64,000 nucleotides of DNA from a virus (taxonomy: Duplodnaviria > Caudoviricetes), in IMG/VR virus record IMGVR_UViG_3300028805_000060, positions 80,871 through 144,870 of that record; one strand, 5' to 3'. The first letter of the stretch is position 1. Every line of letters begins with the position of its first letter. The notes under the pieces are model-generated. The model saw only the letters and a list, made by a program, of their open reading frames with translations. It was not told where the DNA came from and did no database searches. Below, piece after piece: positions 47,703-59,332 of this stretch. The translations under genes were made by a program, and so were the position numbers.

Positions 47703-48674
47703 TTATAATTGACCAACCTCCGCTGTAGCTTGATCTAATGTTTTATATGTATCACCATACATATCTCTAATAGGTTTATACAACCAGTGATCAATCTTTT
47801 GTCCTTCTGGTAAAGAAACAAAACCACTACAAATTGCAGTCCTCATAATTTTATAATTAATTAAATCATCTACTGCAGCAAGGGCCATTGTGAATTTTCG
47901 AATAGACATATCTCAAATCTCATCGAATTTATAAGACGTAGTTATAGATAAACCAATAACCTTCTGTTCCATTGAAGCGTAGACATCGTTTTTTTGTCTT
48001 TCTAAACGCCTTTTTTCTTCATAGTCTTTTTTAAGGGCTGGATCTACCCAAGAATCATCTCTATAATCAGGATCATTCTGAAAGAGGACCATATATCTCA
48101 AAAAATCAAAATCTTCCTTTTGAATTTTATGACCATCTACTAAAAAATAAGGTTTATTAGATTCATCTCTCTCTATCTTAATCATTTCTATTAATTCCTT
48201 CCCACCACAATCTGGGCAAGTAAGGACAGGAAACTCTATATTTCCTATATCATTTGATTTAGTTATTTCATTAATTTTATTAAGAAAATCAAGAAAATAC
48301 TCATCAGAATAACTAATAACTTTTCCACATTTTGAGCATTTTAACCCGTTTTTAATATGAAAAACTAGCTCTAATAACTTTTGGAATTTAAAGGATCATT
48401 CTCTTCCTTCGTTATTTTTTTGAACAATTTTAGAAATCAAAAATTCTATATAACTAGATTTGATTCCTTGTACTGTTTCATTCTTATTCAAAGTTAAACA
48501 GGTAGAACATGCAGCATATAACTCATAATCTTTTACTTTTATAGGATAAATTTTTAATCCACAAAAAGGGACTGGTAAATCCAACCTAAAATATTCATGC
48601 TCATAAGAATCTATTTTTTCTGCGATTGACAAAGGAACTCCTTTGTATTTTATTTGAAATAAATCTCTAGCCAT
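47703..48674 (-). CDS. Putative tail assembly chaperone with Zn-ribbon insert (323 aa)
   Basis: Three fragments in frame; CSKC...CPDC; EI-W(TGA)-DMSIRKF. Confidence 0.6.
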
Positions 48675-48677
48675 ATA

Positions 48678-49355
48678 TTAATATCCTATTTTACTTGAAT
48701 CTGAAATACCTGATAATGCCATTGTAAATGTAGTAGCATGTCCATAATAAGAGTGATTAATCCACATAGGCATTTGGACTTGACCTTTTAAACCATTTCT
48801 ATGATTAAATTGTAAATAACCAATGCCATCTAAAAATAGCCCGTTCAACTCAGCTAAAATGCACTTTAGCAACACTGTGGCACGATTCTTGTAAGCAACA
48901 ATAATATTGCCCTGTTCATCAGAATCATTTGGATTAGCCTCAGGATTTAAAATAGGGTCTCCGTCACCTGCTATAGCACAAATTTTGGTATGAACCACTG
49001 TCTCAACTGTTACATCAATATTCGCACGCCCTTGATCAAAAGGGAAAATATCACTTACGAATATATATACAGAGCAACATTGTTCTTGCCAAGCATCGTT
49101 AACGAATGGCTGAAAAAATACTCTTTTAGAAGTCATTTCTCCATTATCATTATACACGAGTTCTAGCTTTTCAGCTTTTGTTAGTTCAGGTTGACTTAAT
49201 GCATAAATGTCATTATATTTTAATAATTTTCAGAACATTTTTGCATGCTTACTATCTGATGAAATTAAATGATTTACAATCTTTGTTTCTATTCCATCTA
49301 AGTTTTCAAAACGATTAAAACTATTAAATGGACTATAACTATATGGTTCGTTCAT
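48678..49355 (-). CDS. Putative tail terminator/completion protein (225 aa)
   Basis: F-W(TGA)-KLLKYND.YAL, LAELNG..LDGIGYL; synteny. Confidence 0.55.
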
Positions 49356-49359
49356 GCCC

Positions 49360-50529
49360 TTATACCTCCTGTGGTCTTCTGACCACTAAAACAAATTCTG
49401 TTAAAATTTCTTCTCCAGTAGGAGAATCTTCTTCTGCAACAGAACATTTTACAATTAGATCTCCAGCTAAATAAGGCCTAATTCTCGATAGAGAAAATTC
49501 CCCTGTTTGAGAATCATATTCAAAATTAATATATGCTGAAATATCTACACCTGATGGTAAATTCTGTAATGTAATTTCTGTCGAAATTGGAATATCTGGA
49601 ATTTCAGTTCCATCTTGAATTTGAACAAATGGGACAAAATGAATTTGTTCTGATGATAAATCTGTCGGAATAAATTCAGGTTCTTTAAAACCAATTGAAT
49701 ATTGTAAGTTTCCCAAATCTCCTCCTGTTGTAGAAAAATGAACAGTAGGAGTCATTTGATAAGCAATTCTTGTTTCAAAATTGTCGTAATAAGATTTCTC
49801 TGTTAATTCTAAATAAATTTTCATCAAACCTACATCATTTGGATCATAAGTTAAATCTGAATAATGTTTATTAATTGCTGTAATTCTATAAACTTTATCA
49901 TAACCTATAATGAATCTTTGATTTATAAAATATTCTTTAGTATATTTATTATGTTGACAAACAATTGTTAATTGAGATTGAGGTGATACAATAGGATCTG
50001 CATATCTTAAAGTTGTAGAATACAAATTTCTCCCCTGAATAACAGGTTCATAATGATACTTAGAAACTCCTTGTTCATCTACAACAATGCTGCCAATACT
50101 TCCGTTACATCTTTCAATTATAACACTAGATGTCATTGAAACTCTATCGAAATTCGTAACAAGTCATACATTCTTATTTTTATCAAATTCTTTTAAATTA
50201 TAATTCTCTGAAAATCTAAATTTAGAACCTAAACTGAATCGATGCTCTTGAATATTTCTAAAAATGATTCTCCTGCAATCGTTTGATAAATCTTCTCCTT
50301 TATCTGATTTTACAGAATTTATAACAACTTCAAGAGGGAAGTAATTTTCTTTTCCTCAATCTTGTTCAAATTCTACGTCGACACGATTAGGTCTATAACA
50401 TCAACTAGAATTTACTTTATGTTGTAATTCTTTCAAAAAATAATTTTCTGTATCAAAATTTTTAGGAGTTTTAGACAAAATATCATATAAATCTGGAGTA
50501 TCAGTAATATTATAAACTTTATTTGCCAT
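49360..50529 (-). CDS. Putative head closure protein (389 aa)
   Basis: AAGGAGG RBS; V-W(TGA)-LV..IERCN, INQRFIIG; synteny. Confidence 0.55.
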
Positions 50530-50564
50530 TGTTACCTCCTTAAATTTATAAAATTATTTTTATT

Positions 50565-50909
50565 TTAAAGTTGTTTACTTAAATAATCTAAAATACCTCT
50601 GCACTCAAAAATTTGTTTTTTAATTTCATCATGCTCCATATTACGATAGTTTAAATTATTAAACAACCCATACATTTTGACGCATATTTTCGTTAACTTA
50701 TTTTTACATAAAACATTCGCAGATTTTAATTCATACATTAATCCATAAAAATAAAGTTCTGCGTTAGCTTCTCCTCTTTTCTCTTCTTCAATTAAATAAA
50801 GCAATTTTATTAATTGACTTTTAAGATTAACATAACATTCCTTTTCTTCGTCTTCTGAAAAACGTAGAGAAAAATCTATTTTTTCATTTGTATTTTCATT
50901 ATTTTCCAA
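50565..50909 (-). CDS. Hypothetical protein
   Basis: GGAGG-TTG start; KLLYLIEE..IKKQIFEC. Confidence 0.55.
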   Translation of the reverse strand: MENNENTNEKIDFSLRFSEDEEKECYVNLKSQLIKLLYLIEEEKRGEANAELYFYGLMYELKSANVLCKNKLTKICVKMYGLFNNLNYRNMEHDEIKKQIFECRGILDYLSKQL

Positions 50910-51591
50910 AACGTGTTCCTCCTTTTGGTTCTGATAAAATTCTTCAAGTCAATTCAGAAACAAGTGTATCCAAGTTACTATTCATCTTGTCTCTCCAACG
51001 CACTTTTGCATCTGCCGAATTCGCTGGTGAATAAAAATCAAAATCATGATCTGACAAAATATTTCTTACTTCAATAACTCTTCCTACTTCTTTATCTCCT
51101 CATGCAGACAATGTTGCATAAGCTAAAATTTCAACAATTTTATCCATAATTGGATCAATTGGAAGATCTTTTCTAAAACATTTTGTAAAATCAGCAGTAA
51201 ATGCACCAGCATAGAATCACGTTACCGAACATTTTTCATCTACTAAAACAGGACGGAAAAACTTAACTGAATTTGTTTCCCTATCATAATGAGCAGGAAC
51301 ATATTCTTTTCCGATTTTAAATGTAAAAGCAGAATGTTCGTGCGGAACGGAATCCAATGTATAAGTGTCTGTATTTTGACCTTCAATAACTTCCATATAT
51401 CCTTCAGGATTATCTTGAAAAATAAATAGATCTGTTATAGCAGTTGGAGAAGTAAATTTATTTCTCCCTGTTAACAAAAATTCGCGCATTTCTTTTTGAA
51501 AGCCTACTTTATCATAGAAATATTTCTGACTAATATCAGGGTCGTCAAATAAAGTGAACGCTCTCTGAAAAATATCATCAAAATAGATCAT
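50899..51591 (-). CDS. Putative head-tail adaptor (230 aa)
   Basis: FDDIF start, EILAYATLSA-W(TGA), DFDFYSPAN; synteny. Confidence 0.6.
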
Positions 51592-51621
51592 TTAACGACC
51601 TCCTTAATTTATTTTTAACTA

Positions 51622-52323
51622 TTATCTATCCCAATCTATTTCAATTGGTTTATATCTAGTATCAGAATACTTGCTTAACTCTACAGCTTCTCTTTCAAAG
51701 CCACCGTTTGTTAATCTGTTCATAAGATCAATTTTTTCACGATCTCTAAAACCTTCATCATCATTTTCAATAAATTTTCTTTTAAAATATGTTACAATAC
51801 TGAGCTTTTCTGAATCTGAAATTGTTGATTCCCAAAGATCTTCTAATGCTTTAGTAGTCATTTTCCCCATCTTTGAAAGTTTTTCAGCTGTAACGCTATA
51901 CTCTTTATCTGTTTTAATTCCTTTAGCTGCAGCAACGTCAATATTGTCTGCAGAAATTGCTAAAATACCTCTATCAAACCAATTTCTGTATTTACCAACT
52001 ATTGCATCAAAATCTGTTCTTGTAATACGGAATTTTTCTCCATAACGAGTACAGTTTAATGTAAGATTATTTACTGTAACAACACCTAGACTGTCAGATA
52101 AATAGACTAAATCCACATCTGTGTTTGGAGCTGTAACAACAATATTTGGTTGTGTTGTGTTAACTCTATTTACAGAATTAATTTGTTCTTGTAAATTTTT
52201 AATAATTTCTGCCATTGTAGCAATTTGTTTTTCTAATTCGTTTTCTTTTTGACTTTGTTTAGTTGTAGTAGTTTTTGTTTCTTTTACTTGTTCGTTAATA
52301 GTTTTTTCTTCGTTTGTAGCCAT
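51622..52323 (-). CDS. Hypothetical protein downstream of the major capsid gene
   Basis: 233-aa ORF with AAGGAG RBS. Confidence 0.6.
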   Translation of the reverse strand: MATNEEKTINEQVKETKTTTTKQSQKENELEKQIATMAEIIKNLQEQINSVNRVNTTQPNIVVTAPNTDVDLVYLSDSLGVVTVNNLTLNCTRYGEKFRITRTDFDAIVGKYRNWFDRGILAISADNIDVAAAKGIKTDKEYSVTAEKLSKMGKMTTKALEDLWESTISDSEKLSIVTYFKRKFIENDDEGFRDREKIDLMNRLTNGGFEREAVELSKYSDTRYKPIEIDWDR

Positions 52324-52376
52324 AATATTTTTCTCCTTTTACTTCAATAAATTCATTCTCTTTCTTAAAGAGTTTT

Positions 52377-52413
52377 TACTTTGAGGTGAGGTCATTGCCC
52401 CACCTCAAAAGTA
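52377..52413 (-). terminator. Hairpin after the major capsid gene
   Basis: TACTTTTGAGGTGGGG..CCTCACCTCAAAGTA; no clear U-tract. Confidence 0.5.
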
Positions 52414-52439
52414 TTTAATAAAAAAGTTTTTAAAATCAA

Positions 52440-53525
52440 CTAGAGTTGAATTGTTCCGTATTTAGCACCGCAGATTACAGAAACACCAGCTCTTAAGCTG
52501 ATAGAAATTCCATATCTAGAGTCACTAGTTTCGTCAGGGTTAAACATAACAGAAACTTCGTTGCCTTCAAATACGATCTTAACAGGTCTGTCGCCAGCTG
52601 CAGGGATTATGTAGATAATATTATCAGGTAATGCAAGAGTTGCAGAACCATTAGTTGTTCCAGGAACTAATACATTGTTTAAACCGATTAGTGGAACTCC
52701 TAAATATTGATCTAAATAACCAACTTTATTCATTTCTTCACCAATTTGAACTTGATAGTTACCAGCTAAAGAAGCATTTGATAATGCAACAGCTGTACCG
52801 ATAGCCATAACAGGCATTCCACCGTTAGCTGCAGATACTCTTTCTCTTAAAGTTCCCCATAATAATGGAGTTACGCCGTTTGTAGTGTAAGCAGCACCAA
52901 ATTCTGTTGTAGCTTGAGTCATACCTTTAACAGCTTTTAAGAAAATGTAAGCCATGAAAGATCTACCAATCTTTAATGCAAAATTACCCATATCCATAAC
53001 TTTAGATACGAATGGATACCAGTCGATTGCTGCATCGATTGTTAATGGTTTAGCATTAACAGTGATTTCTTCATTGAACATAGGTTGATCAACGCCTTTT
53101 CTAACGCCTTCAGCCTTTGAATTTACTTTGAATAAATCATTAGATTCGATGATGAATCTTGCAGTTTCTCCAAATCCCACTTGTTTTACTTCAGCAATGA
53201 ATCTAGAGAAAGTGTCGTTTACAACTTCAGGAACGATAGCTGTTACAACTTGAGCAATAACAGCATTGAAGTTGTCTCTAACTGTACTATTGTTTCTAAC
53301 GTTTGGACGACTGAAAACAGCAGTACCTTGAGCTTCGAAATCAGCTTCATAAATTGTGCCTTCAACGGCCTTTTTAGCAATACCTTCAATTAATGAAGCA
53401 TTTTTTGCCATATAATCAGCTGGTTTGTTGCCTTCATAAGAAGCTCTAGCTAATTCAAGAGTTCCTTCAACAAGAGCGTTGAAAGATTCGTCGTTTGATT
53501 TTGTGTAGTTGAAATATTTTCTCAT
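52440..53525 (-). CDS. Major capsid protein
   Basis: GGAGG-ATG (MRKYF); FIAEVKQVGFGETARF, RPVKIVFEG; follows the protease and decoration genes; biased codon usage. Confidence 0.8.
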   Translation of the reverse strand: MRKYFNYTKSNDESFNALVEGTLELARASYEGNKPADYMAKNASLIEGIAKKAVEGTIYEADFEAQGTAVFSRPNVRNNSTVRDNFNAVIAQVVTAIVPEVVNDTFSRFIAEVKQVGFGETARFIIESNDLFKVNSKAEGVRKGVDQPMFNEEITVNAKPLTIDAAIDWYPFVSKVMDMGNFALKIGRSFMAYIFLKAVKGMTQATTEFGAAYTTNGVTPLLWGTLRERVSAANGGMPVMAIGTAVALSNASLAGNYQVQIGEEMNKVGYLDQYLGVPLIGLNNVLVPGTTNGSATLALPDNIIYIIPAAGDRPVKIVFEGNEVSVMFNPDETSDSRYGISISLRAGVSVICGAKYGTIQL

Positions 53526-53543
53526 CGCTATATCCTCCACAAA

Positions 53544-54080
53544 TTATAATTGAACGACTTCACAAAGATAGATTAAACCTTTAGAAGCCATACCTGCTGT
53601 TAAGTCTTTGCTTAATAGCACTTTAATTGCATATCCTGATTGAGGGAGAGTAGCAGCTGGAGTATGAGTATACTTGCTTGCTGTAGCAGTAGCATATTCA
53701 CCTTCAGTTGGTTTTGATTCAAAGTTATCTTCACCTAACCAGAATTTGTCGTGTAAACCTAATCTACGAACTCTGAAGAATTCCCCAGCTGGAACTTGTA
53801 AATTGTAAAGTTTTACACCTTGTTTATAAACATTATCAGCAATTGTTCCTTCTGAGATTCCAGCATAGTCAACAATGCAAACTTCGTCTGTTGCAGCGGC
53901 TGGAGCAGCTGCTTCATAAACATCATATTCTAAACCATTAGCGTCGTAAGTTGTATCAGCAGCGAGGTCGCCTAAAACTACTAAAGAACCATCATAAATA
54001 GCTGTTTCACTTACACCATTAGCTAACATAACATCTAAAGTATTAGATGCCATTTTACCTTCTTTAAATACGTGTGCCAT
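53544..54080 (-). CDS. Capsid decoration/cement protein
   Basis: DGSLVVLG..YN..AGE..RVRRL...D; position between protease and capsid genes. Confidence 0.6.
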   Translation of the reverse strand: MAHVFKEGKMASNTLDVMLANGVSETAIYDGSLVVLGDLAADTTYDANGLEYDVYEAAAPAAATDEVCIVDYAGISEGTIADNVYKQGVKLYNLQVPAGEFFRVRRLGLHDKFWLGEDNFESKPTEGEYATATASKYTHTPAATLPQSGYAIKVLLSKDLTAGMASKGLIYLCEVVQL

Positions 54081-54119
54081 AATTTCTTCTCCTTAAAATA
54101 AAATTATTGTTATATTTAA

Positions 54120-55901
54120 TTAATCTTTACAAGTGTATCCATTAATAACAGACCAAACATCATTATCTTTAGCAGATTTTTCGGCTTTACTGCCTAAGAC
54201 ACTCATGTTTGGAGTATTCACAGGTGCACTGTAAATTTCATTATTCTCTGAAACTTTCTTTGTTTCTACTTCTTTATTAGATGAAACTGTAAATGTAGCC
54301 GCTAAAGCTACTTTAACTTTAAGGTCTTCAACATTAGAAATTTCTCCTGCTTCACATTTAGCTTCGAAATCATGTTTTTGATCTTCAGAAAGAGAGTCAA
54401 CAGAATTAATTAATTCTTTTGCTTCTGCAATAAAATCTTTTTTCTTATAAGTATTAATTATTTCTGCAAATTTTGCATTTTCATCTTTTAATTTTATAGA
54501 CTCATTATATAAATCTTTGAAAGAATACTTTGCCATATCTTCTTCTTTGTTCTTATCTAATTCCGCTATGTTGTTCTTTGTTATATTTGCAATAGCATCA
54601 GTTAAATCAAGAACAGATTCTTGAGATTGCTTATAAAGTCTAGACAAAAGTTCTACTATGAAATCTTTATAGTCTCCTTCATAATAATTCTGATAATAAT
54701 CAAGTGTATTAACATAACATCCTGAACAATCAGATAAACGAGCAAGCATCCAAGTGAGATCATTTTTAATCATTTCACCCTCTGATGCAGCACTATTATT
54801 TTGTTTTATTGCTTCTTCTTGAGAATTATTGCTGTGGCATTCTTTACCTTCACATTCTTTGCCTTCGCCTTTTTCCTCGTCTTGCTTTTTGTCTTTGTCG
54901 TCATCGTCATCATCATCATCGTCGTCGTCATCGTCATTACCGTTACCATTATCATTGGTATTTTCATCTGCACTTTGTTGAGCAAGATTACATTCTTTTT
55001 CGTCTGCTTTGTTTTCATCAGAAGATTCATTTTCTTTTTTGTTTTCTTCTTTTGCAGACATTTCATCTCCGCATTCCTGTTTTTCTTCAGCTGCTTTTGA
55101 ACAAACACAAGGATTTTGACCGCATTCTGGACAAAGCTCTTCATGGTTTACTTTATCATCTTTCTTAACCATTTGAGAATTTACCTCCTTAATATTATTA
55201 TCTTTTGGAGCCTCGAGTTTTTCATAAGCAACTCTTATAGCATTCTTTTGCTGTTCGAAATACTCATTTCCCATAATATCAACTACAGAAAGTTCTGCTC
55301 CTTCAATTCCAGGTTCAACAGGAACCCCATTTCGAGAACCTAAAATTGTAATTCCTACTAATTCAAAATCGTTTATCTTTCTAACTCCATTAGGAAGATC
55401 TTCATAGTCTGTTATATTAACTTCAACAGAAATATTTTTTGTTGTTCCACCAGATTCTTTTGCTTTTTTAGCATCCTTTAAAAGTCTTTTTACTTGCTTA
55501 AAATTATATTGAACCCAGAGTGCACACGATAAACAGATCCATGATAATCCGTTTTCATCTGTAACGACTTCAACATCGTCTTCACTCCTAATGAAACCTA
55601 AAATTCTTTCTCCTTTTCCAGACCACGTATCCCAATAATCCATCTGAGTTTCAGGGTCATAATTCCATTCTCCATTATGACTTACAAAATCATTCTTTTC
55701 AAAATACCCAAGAATTGGTTTGTTTTTAAAAGTTTTAGCTCCTTTTAATAAAGCCTCTTGTGTAAACCAAGAATTATTACGATTTGGATTAGCAGAGCTA
55801 ACAGCTTTCATTCTAAGCTCTAAAAATTCTTTTTTAAGTATTGGCTTAATATCAATTTGCGTTGCGTCGACATTAAAAACCATCTTTTTTGTGTCAGCCA
55901 T
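54120..55901 (-). CDS. Prohead protease-scaffold protein
   Basis: NRNNSWF, KPILG, SH, ISVEV, GITILG..PGIEGA; acidic low-complexity C-terminal half. Confidence 0.75.
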   Translation of the reverse strand: MADTKKMVFNVDATQIDIKPILKKEFLELRMKAVSSANPNRNNSWFTQEALLKGAKTFKNKPILGYFEKNDFVSHNGEWNYDPETQMDYWDTWSGKGERILGFIRSEDDVEVVTDENGLSWICLSCALWVQYNFKQVKRLLKDAKKAKESGGTTKNISVEVNITDYEDLPNGVRKINDFELVGITILGSRNGVPVEPGIEGAELSVVDIMGNEYFEQQKNAIRVAYEKLEAPKDNNIKEVNSQMVKKDDKVNHEELCPECGQNPCVCSKAAEEKQECGDEMSAKEENKKENESSDENKADEKECNLAQQSADENTNDNGNGNDDDDDDDDDDDDDKDKKQDEEKGEGKECEGKECHSNNSQEEAIKQNNSAASEGEMIKNDLTWMLARLSDCSGCYVNTLDYYQNYYEGDYKDFIVELLSRLYKQSQESVLDLTDAIANITKNNIAELDKNKEEDMAKYSFKDLYNESIKLKDENAKFAEIINTYKKKDFIAEAKELINSVDSLSEDQKHDFEAKCEAGEISNVEDLKVKVALAATFTVSSNKEVETKKVSENNEIYSAPVNTPNMSVLGSKAEKSAKDNDVWSVINGYTCKD

Positions 55902-55919
55902 GTTAACCTCCCATTAAAA

Positions 55920-56402
55920 TTACTTTTTTTGTTGAATGCTTTCTTTTATTGGTAAAGTGTCAAATCTTTTCATTACATCATTAATAAAAGAGTTTCCACC
56001 TAATCCATCATAAGCATCATAAAGATCATGGATATTTTGATAATCATAATCATTACGATATCCTTTGTCGCAACATTTATAATAATAAAGCAAAATGTCA
56101 TTTCTTAAACTTGCTAAAGTTCCTTCAGATGTTGCTGAAAGTTGTTTTGTAATTATATTCAATTTTTCTTCAATTGGTCTAAGTAGTTTTTCGATATCTT
56201 TATACTGTTGCTGTCTTTCTTTTTCATATCTATATTTTTCAAGATCAGCTTTATCAGCATCTTCTTTTTTCTTTTTCTCTTCTTTCTCTGCGTCTTTAGC
56301 TTCAAATAGAGAGCGTAGAAGCCTCGCCATAAGAAATCCTATTACAGAACTTATTAATGCGCTACCTCCCAAAGCTAAAATGATAGTGAGCCATGCTGGC
56401 AT
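55920..56402 (-). CDS. Membrane-anchored phage protein (holin-like family)
   Basis: N-terminal transmembrane helix; LRNDI..Y..G..YDAYDGLGGN. Confidence 0.5.
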   Translation of the reverse strand: MPAWLTIILALGGSALISSVIGFLMARLLRSLFEAKDAEKEEKKKKEDADKADLEKYRYEKERQQQYKDIEKLLRPIEEKLNIITKQLSATSEGTLASLRNDILLYYYKCCDKGYRNDYDYQNIHDLYDAYDGLGGNSFINDVMKRFDTLPIKESIQQKK

Positions 56403-56406
56403 AAAT

Positions 56407-56901
56407 CTACCTTATAAAGTGAGTATAATCTTGAATATGAATATTGAATTCTGCTGCAGTTAAAGATTGACTTGCATTTAGCCATTCTTCTGCCTGCTTG
56501 ATATAAGGGCTCATTATATCTAAAAAGTTTTCTGCAAAAATTCTTACTTCATCATCTCCATCTAAATCAGAAGATTCAATTAACTCTCTTGTTTTTTCTC
56601 TTATTTCAGAAAGAGTTTCAAATAATACATTAAAAATTTTAAATAAATCATTGCTATAATCTTCTTGATAACCACCTATTTGTAATCTTATTGGACGAGC
56701 AGATAGTTCTAACATTTTATCACTAATTAAATCTGCCCATTCTGGCATAAGATGAGCAACTTTTAAATGCACCATCTTTGCAATATTATTAAAATAATGG
56801 TAATCTAGGTTATAAGCTAAATTATCAAAAACAGCATTTGCATTAAAACATCGCTGCAATAAAATGTTCATTTTATCATAAGATTCTAATGACATTCTCA
56901 T
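56407..56901 (-). CDS. Ferritin-like four-helix-bundle protein
   Basis: All-helical pattern with H...AH...WAD.I.D...L..RP and D......E.F; likely start is the second ATG by RBS spacing. Confidence 0.55.
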   Translation of the reverse strand: MRMSLESYDKMNILLQRCFNANAVFDNLAYNLDYHYFNNIAKMVHLKVAHLMPEWADLISDKMLELSARPIRLQIGGYQEDYSNDLFKIFNVLFETLSEIREKTRELIESSDLDGDDEVRIFAENFLDIMSPYIKQAEEWLNASQSLTAAEFNIHIQDYTHFIR

Positions 56902-56974
56902 AATCATATACCTCCTGTAAAAGCCATTGGCTTATTACAGAAAGTCTATAATAAACTAAATAGCTTTAAATAAA

Positions 56975-58876
56975 TTATTGTTCTCTATTGTCTGCAATGT
57001 TGTCTCCACGATCCCTGGAAGCAGCAGTTGCATCATTCTCTATTTCTGAATCGTCAAGGCTTTTTCTTCCTGCCCCTTTTCCTTTTGTCTCTTCATCAGT
57101 TCCATCATTATTTTCTTCATCTTCTTCTGAATTTTCTTTTTCCTTTTCAGCAGCATTTGCTAATAAAGTGTAAGTTTTAAATGATTTATAGAAATCTGCA
57201 TTTTCAATATATTTTACAATAGCTTGAGTGTCTATCATAGAAATACCTTCAGCAGACATTAACTTAGGGAACAAAGCAATGTTTCCGTTAGCAACTATTT
57301 CTTTTAAATATTTTTTCTCTGCTTCGTCAGTAAAGATGTCTCCTCAAATTTTAATTTTCCATCTATATTTCATTCCGATCTTATGTTGAATTATAAAATT
57401 CATAACATTCTCAAATTGAAGAGTAACATAATTTTGTTGAGAAGCAGCTAGTAATTTAGCAACTGTAACCTGAGCGACATTTGGCTTGTCTGTCGTAATT
57501 GTCATTCCAGATTCTCCACCATTAACAATTAAGTTTTCAGTTGATGTAGTAATTATTTCACTTGAATTTACATCTGTACTTAACTGTTGTAGCTTTATAT
57601 TCTTAGCAGGCCATAACCATGCTTCAATATTAGTAGATGTTGCGGAATTAAATTGTTGCATGTATCCTTGTAATACTTCAGGACTGAATACAGATTCATT
57701 TTTACCAGCTCTTGCTCCGTCAATAGTTTCAATTTCGCCTGTTAGAACAGCAGAAAGAGGTGTACTAGCAATTAATCCTGCTAATTGTCCATAATCTGTT
57801 AATTCTTGAAGTTTTAACATTAACCCCATTGTATCAGGAGCTACTCAAGGATGCGAATTATCACTTCCAAAAGTATAACAAATATCATAAGGCATACGAA
57901 GCCAGAAGAAATAATTTTGTTGTCTTCCTATCTTTTTAATTTCTAAAGATCCAGGATAAGAGACTCCATTATATTTGAATTCATAATCTAAAATTTTATC
58001 ATTATTTTTATCAAAAATATAATTTGGCCCAGATTCTCCACCTTTATCAACAATGATTCCTTTTTCAATCAAATCTTCTCAAGCTTTTATAATAAATTCC
58101 CCAAAATCAGAAGGACTATTAGCTATATTTAAGAAATACATCATATCAAAAGATACTGTATAACCTAATTGCCCTTTTCCAGTGATTTTAATCCATTCTG
58201 TTGGAAGTTTTTGTAATGTTGTAAAAGAAGGTTTTGTAGATTTTCCTTCTCCAACAAATTTATTTCTAAATAAATAAGAAGATTTTCCTTCCCTCTTTAC
58301 TTCTAATGCTATTGTTTTAAATGTATTAGGAATATTGAATAAATCAATCCATTCATTTAACAAACGTTCTTCATTTTTAAATGGTTTTGATCCATAATCT
58401 TCTTGCTTCTCAAGAAATTCGGGAATCAAATAATGATGATAAACTGGAATATCAGCTGAACGTCTTAATATATTATAATAGATTTGTTGAGAACTACTAT
58501 GAGCCCAAGACAAGCCTCTAAGTTCTGTTTCAAATGCACCAGGTGATGATAAAAAACGAGAAACAGAATATTTATTATATTCTTTCGCTTGAGTATAAAG
58601 CTCTTTTATTCTTTGATTCTGTAAAAAAGGATTTAATTTATTCCATCTTGTAGCAACAGTTTGAATCCCAGGTTTCCCATCATATTCAACCATCTTGTTA
58701 AAAGTCTGTTTTCATCTGTTGGTCAGATCGTCAATTGAAATATAGTTTTCTCCCTCTTTTTTCTCCATGTCAAGAATTACTTGGCTTTTTTCATCTACCA
58801 CTTCATCAACGACAGGATTACTTTTAGGGCGACCCACTTTTTTTACAGTCTTTTTATCTTCATGATTTTCCGTCAT
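56975..58876 (-). CDS. Portal protein (633 aa, TGA=Trp)
   Basis: Four fragments in frame; KLPTEWIKITG..VSFDMMYF, C-terminal GAGRKS; position after TerL. Confidence 0.72.
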
Positions 58877-58891
58877 GTTTGCCTCCTCGCC

Positions 58892-59311
58892 CTATATTTG
58901 GGACTTAGTATTTTCTTTTTTTCTTTGTTCTTGTTCTTCCTTTTCCATTCTCTCTAATTCTTGATCAATCATATCCAGCCCTTTAGATATATCTCTGAAT
59001 ACTTTTTGGCTTTCTATTTCATACTTTTTATAATTCATTTGTATCAGTTTATTAGCCAACCAAATATTAATATCATCATTTTCCTTAGGAGGATTTTCTT
59101 GATCATAAATACTAATAAAATAATTTGTGATTTTGCATTTTTTAAGAATTTTTTTTAAAGATTTTTCATCAAATTCTTCTTCTAAACTACAAAAAAAGAG
59201 AGAATTTCCAGAAAAAAGGCAGTCTCCAGCTTCACTCATCAAATCAATTAAAGAATGCTTTGAGAGAGCGCCGTCCTGTCTAAAATTTGCGATTATTTTA
59301 CAACAAATCAT
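58892..59311 (-). CDS. Hypothetical protein
   Basis: 139-aa ORF between TerL and portal. Confidence 0.55.
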   Translation of the reverse strand: MICCKIIANFRQDGALSKHSLIDLMSEAGDCLFSGNSLFFCSLEEEFDEKSLKKILKKCKITNYFISIYDQENPPKENDDINIWLANKLIQMNYKKYEIESQKVFRDISKGLDMIDQELERMEKEEQEQRKKENTKSQI

Positions 59312-59332
59312 TTTTTCACCTTTTACCTCGTT

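Noticed and set aside
26430-54900. Alternative-frame minus-strand ORFs (26430, 29508, 30168, 35865, 39847, 54806)
   Set aside because: Nested in real genes; they arise from low-complexity codon usage.
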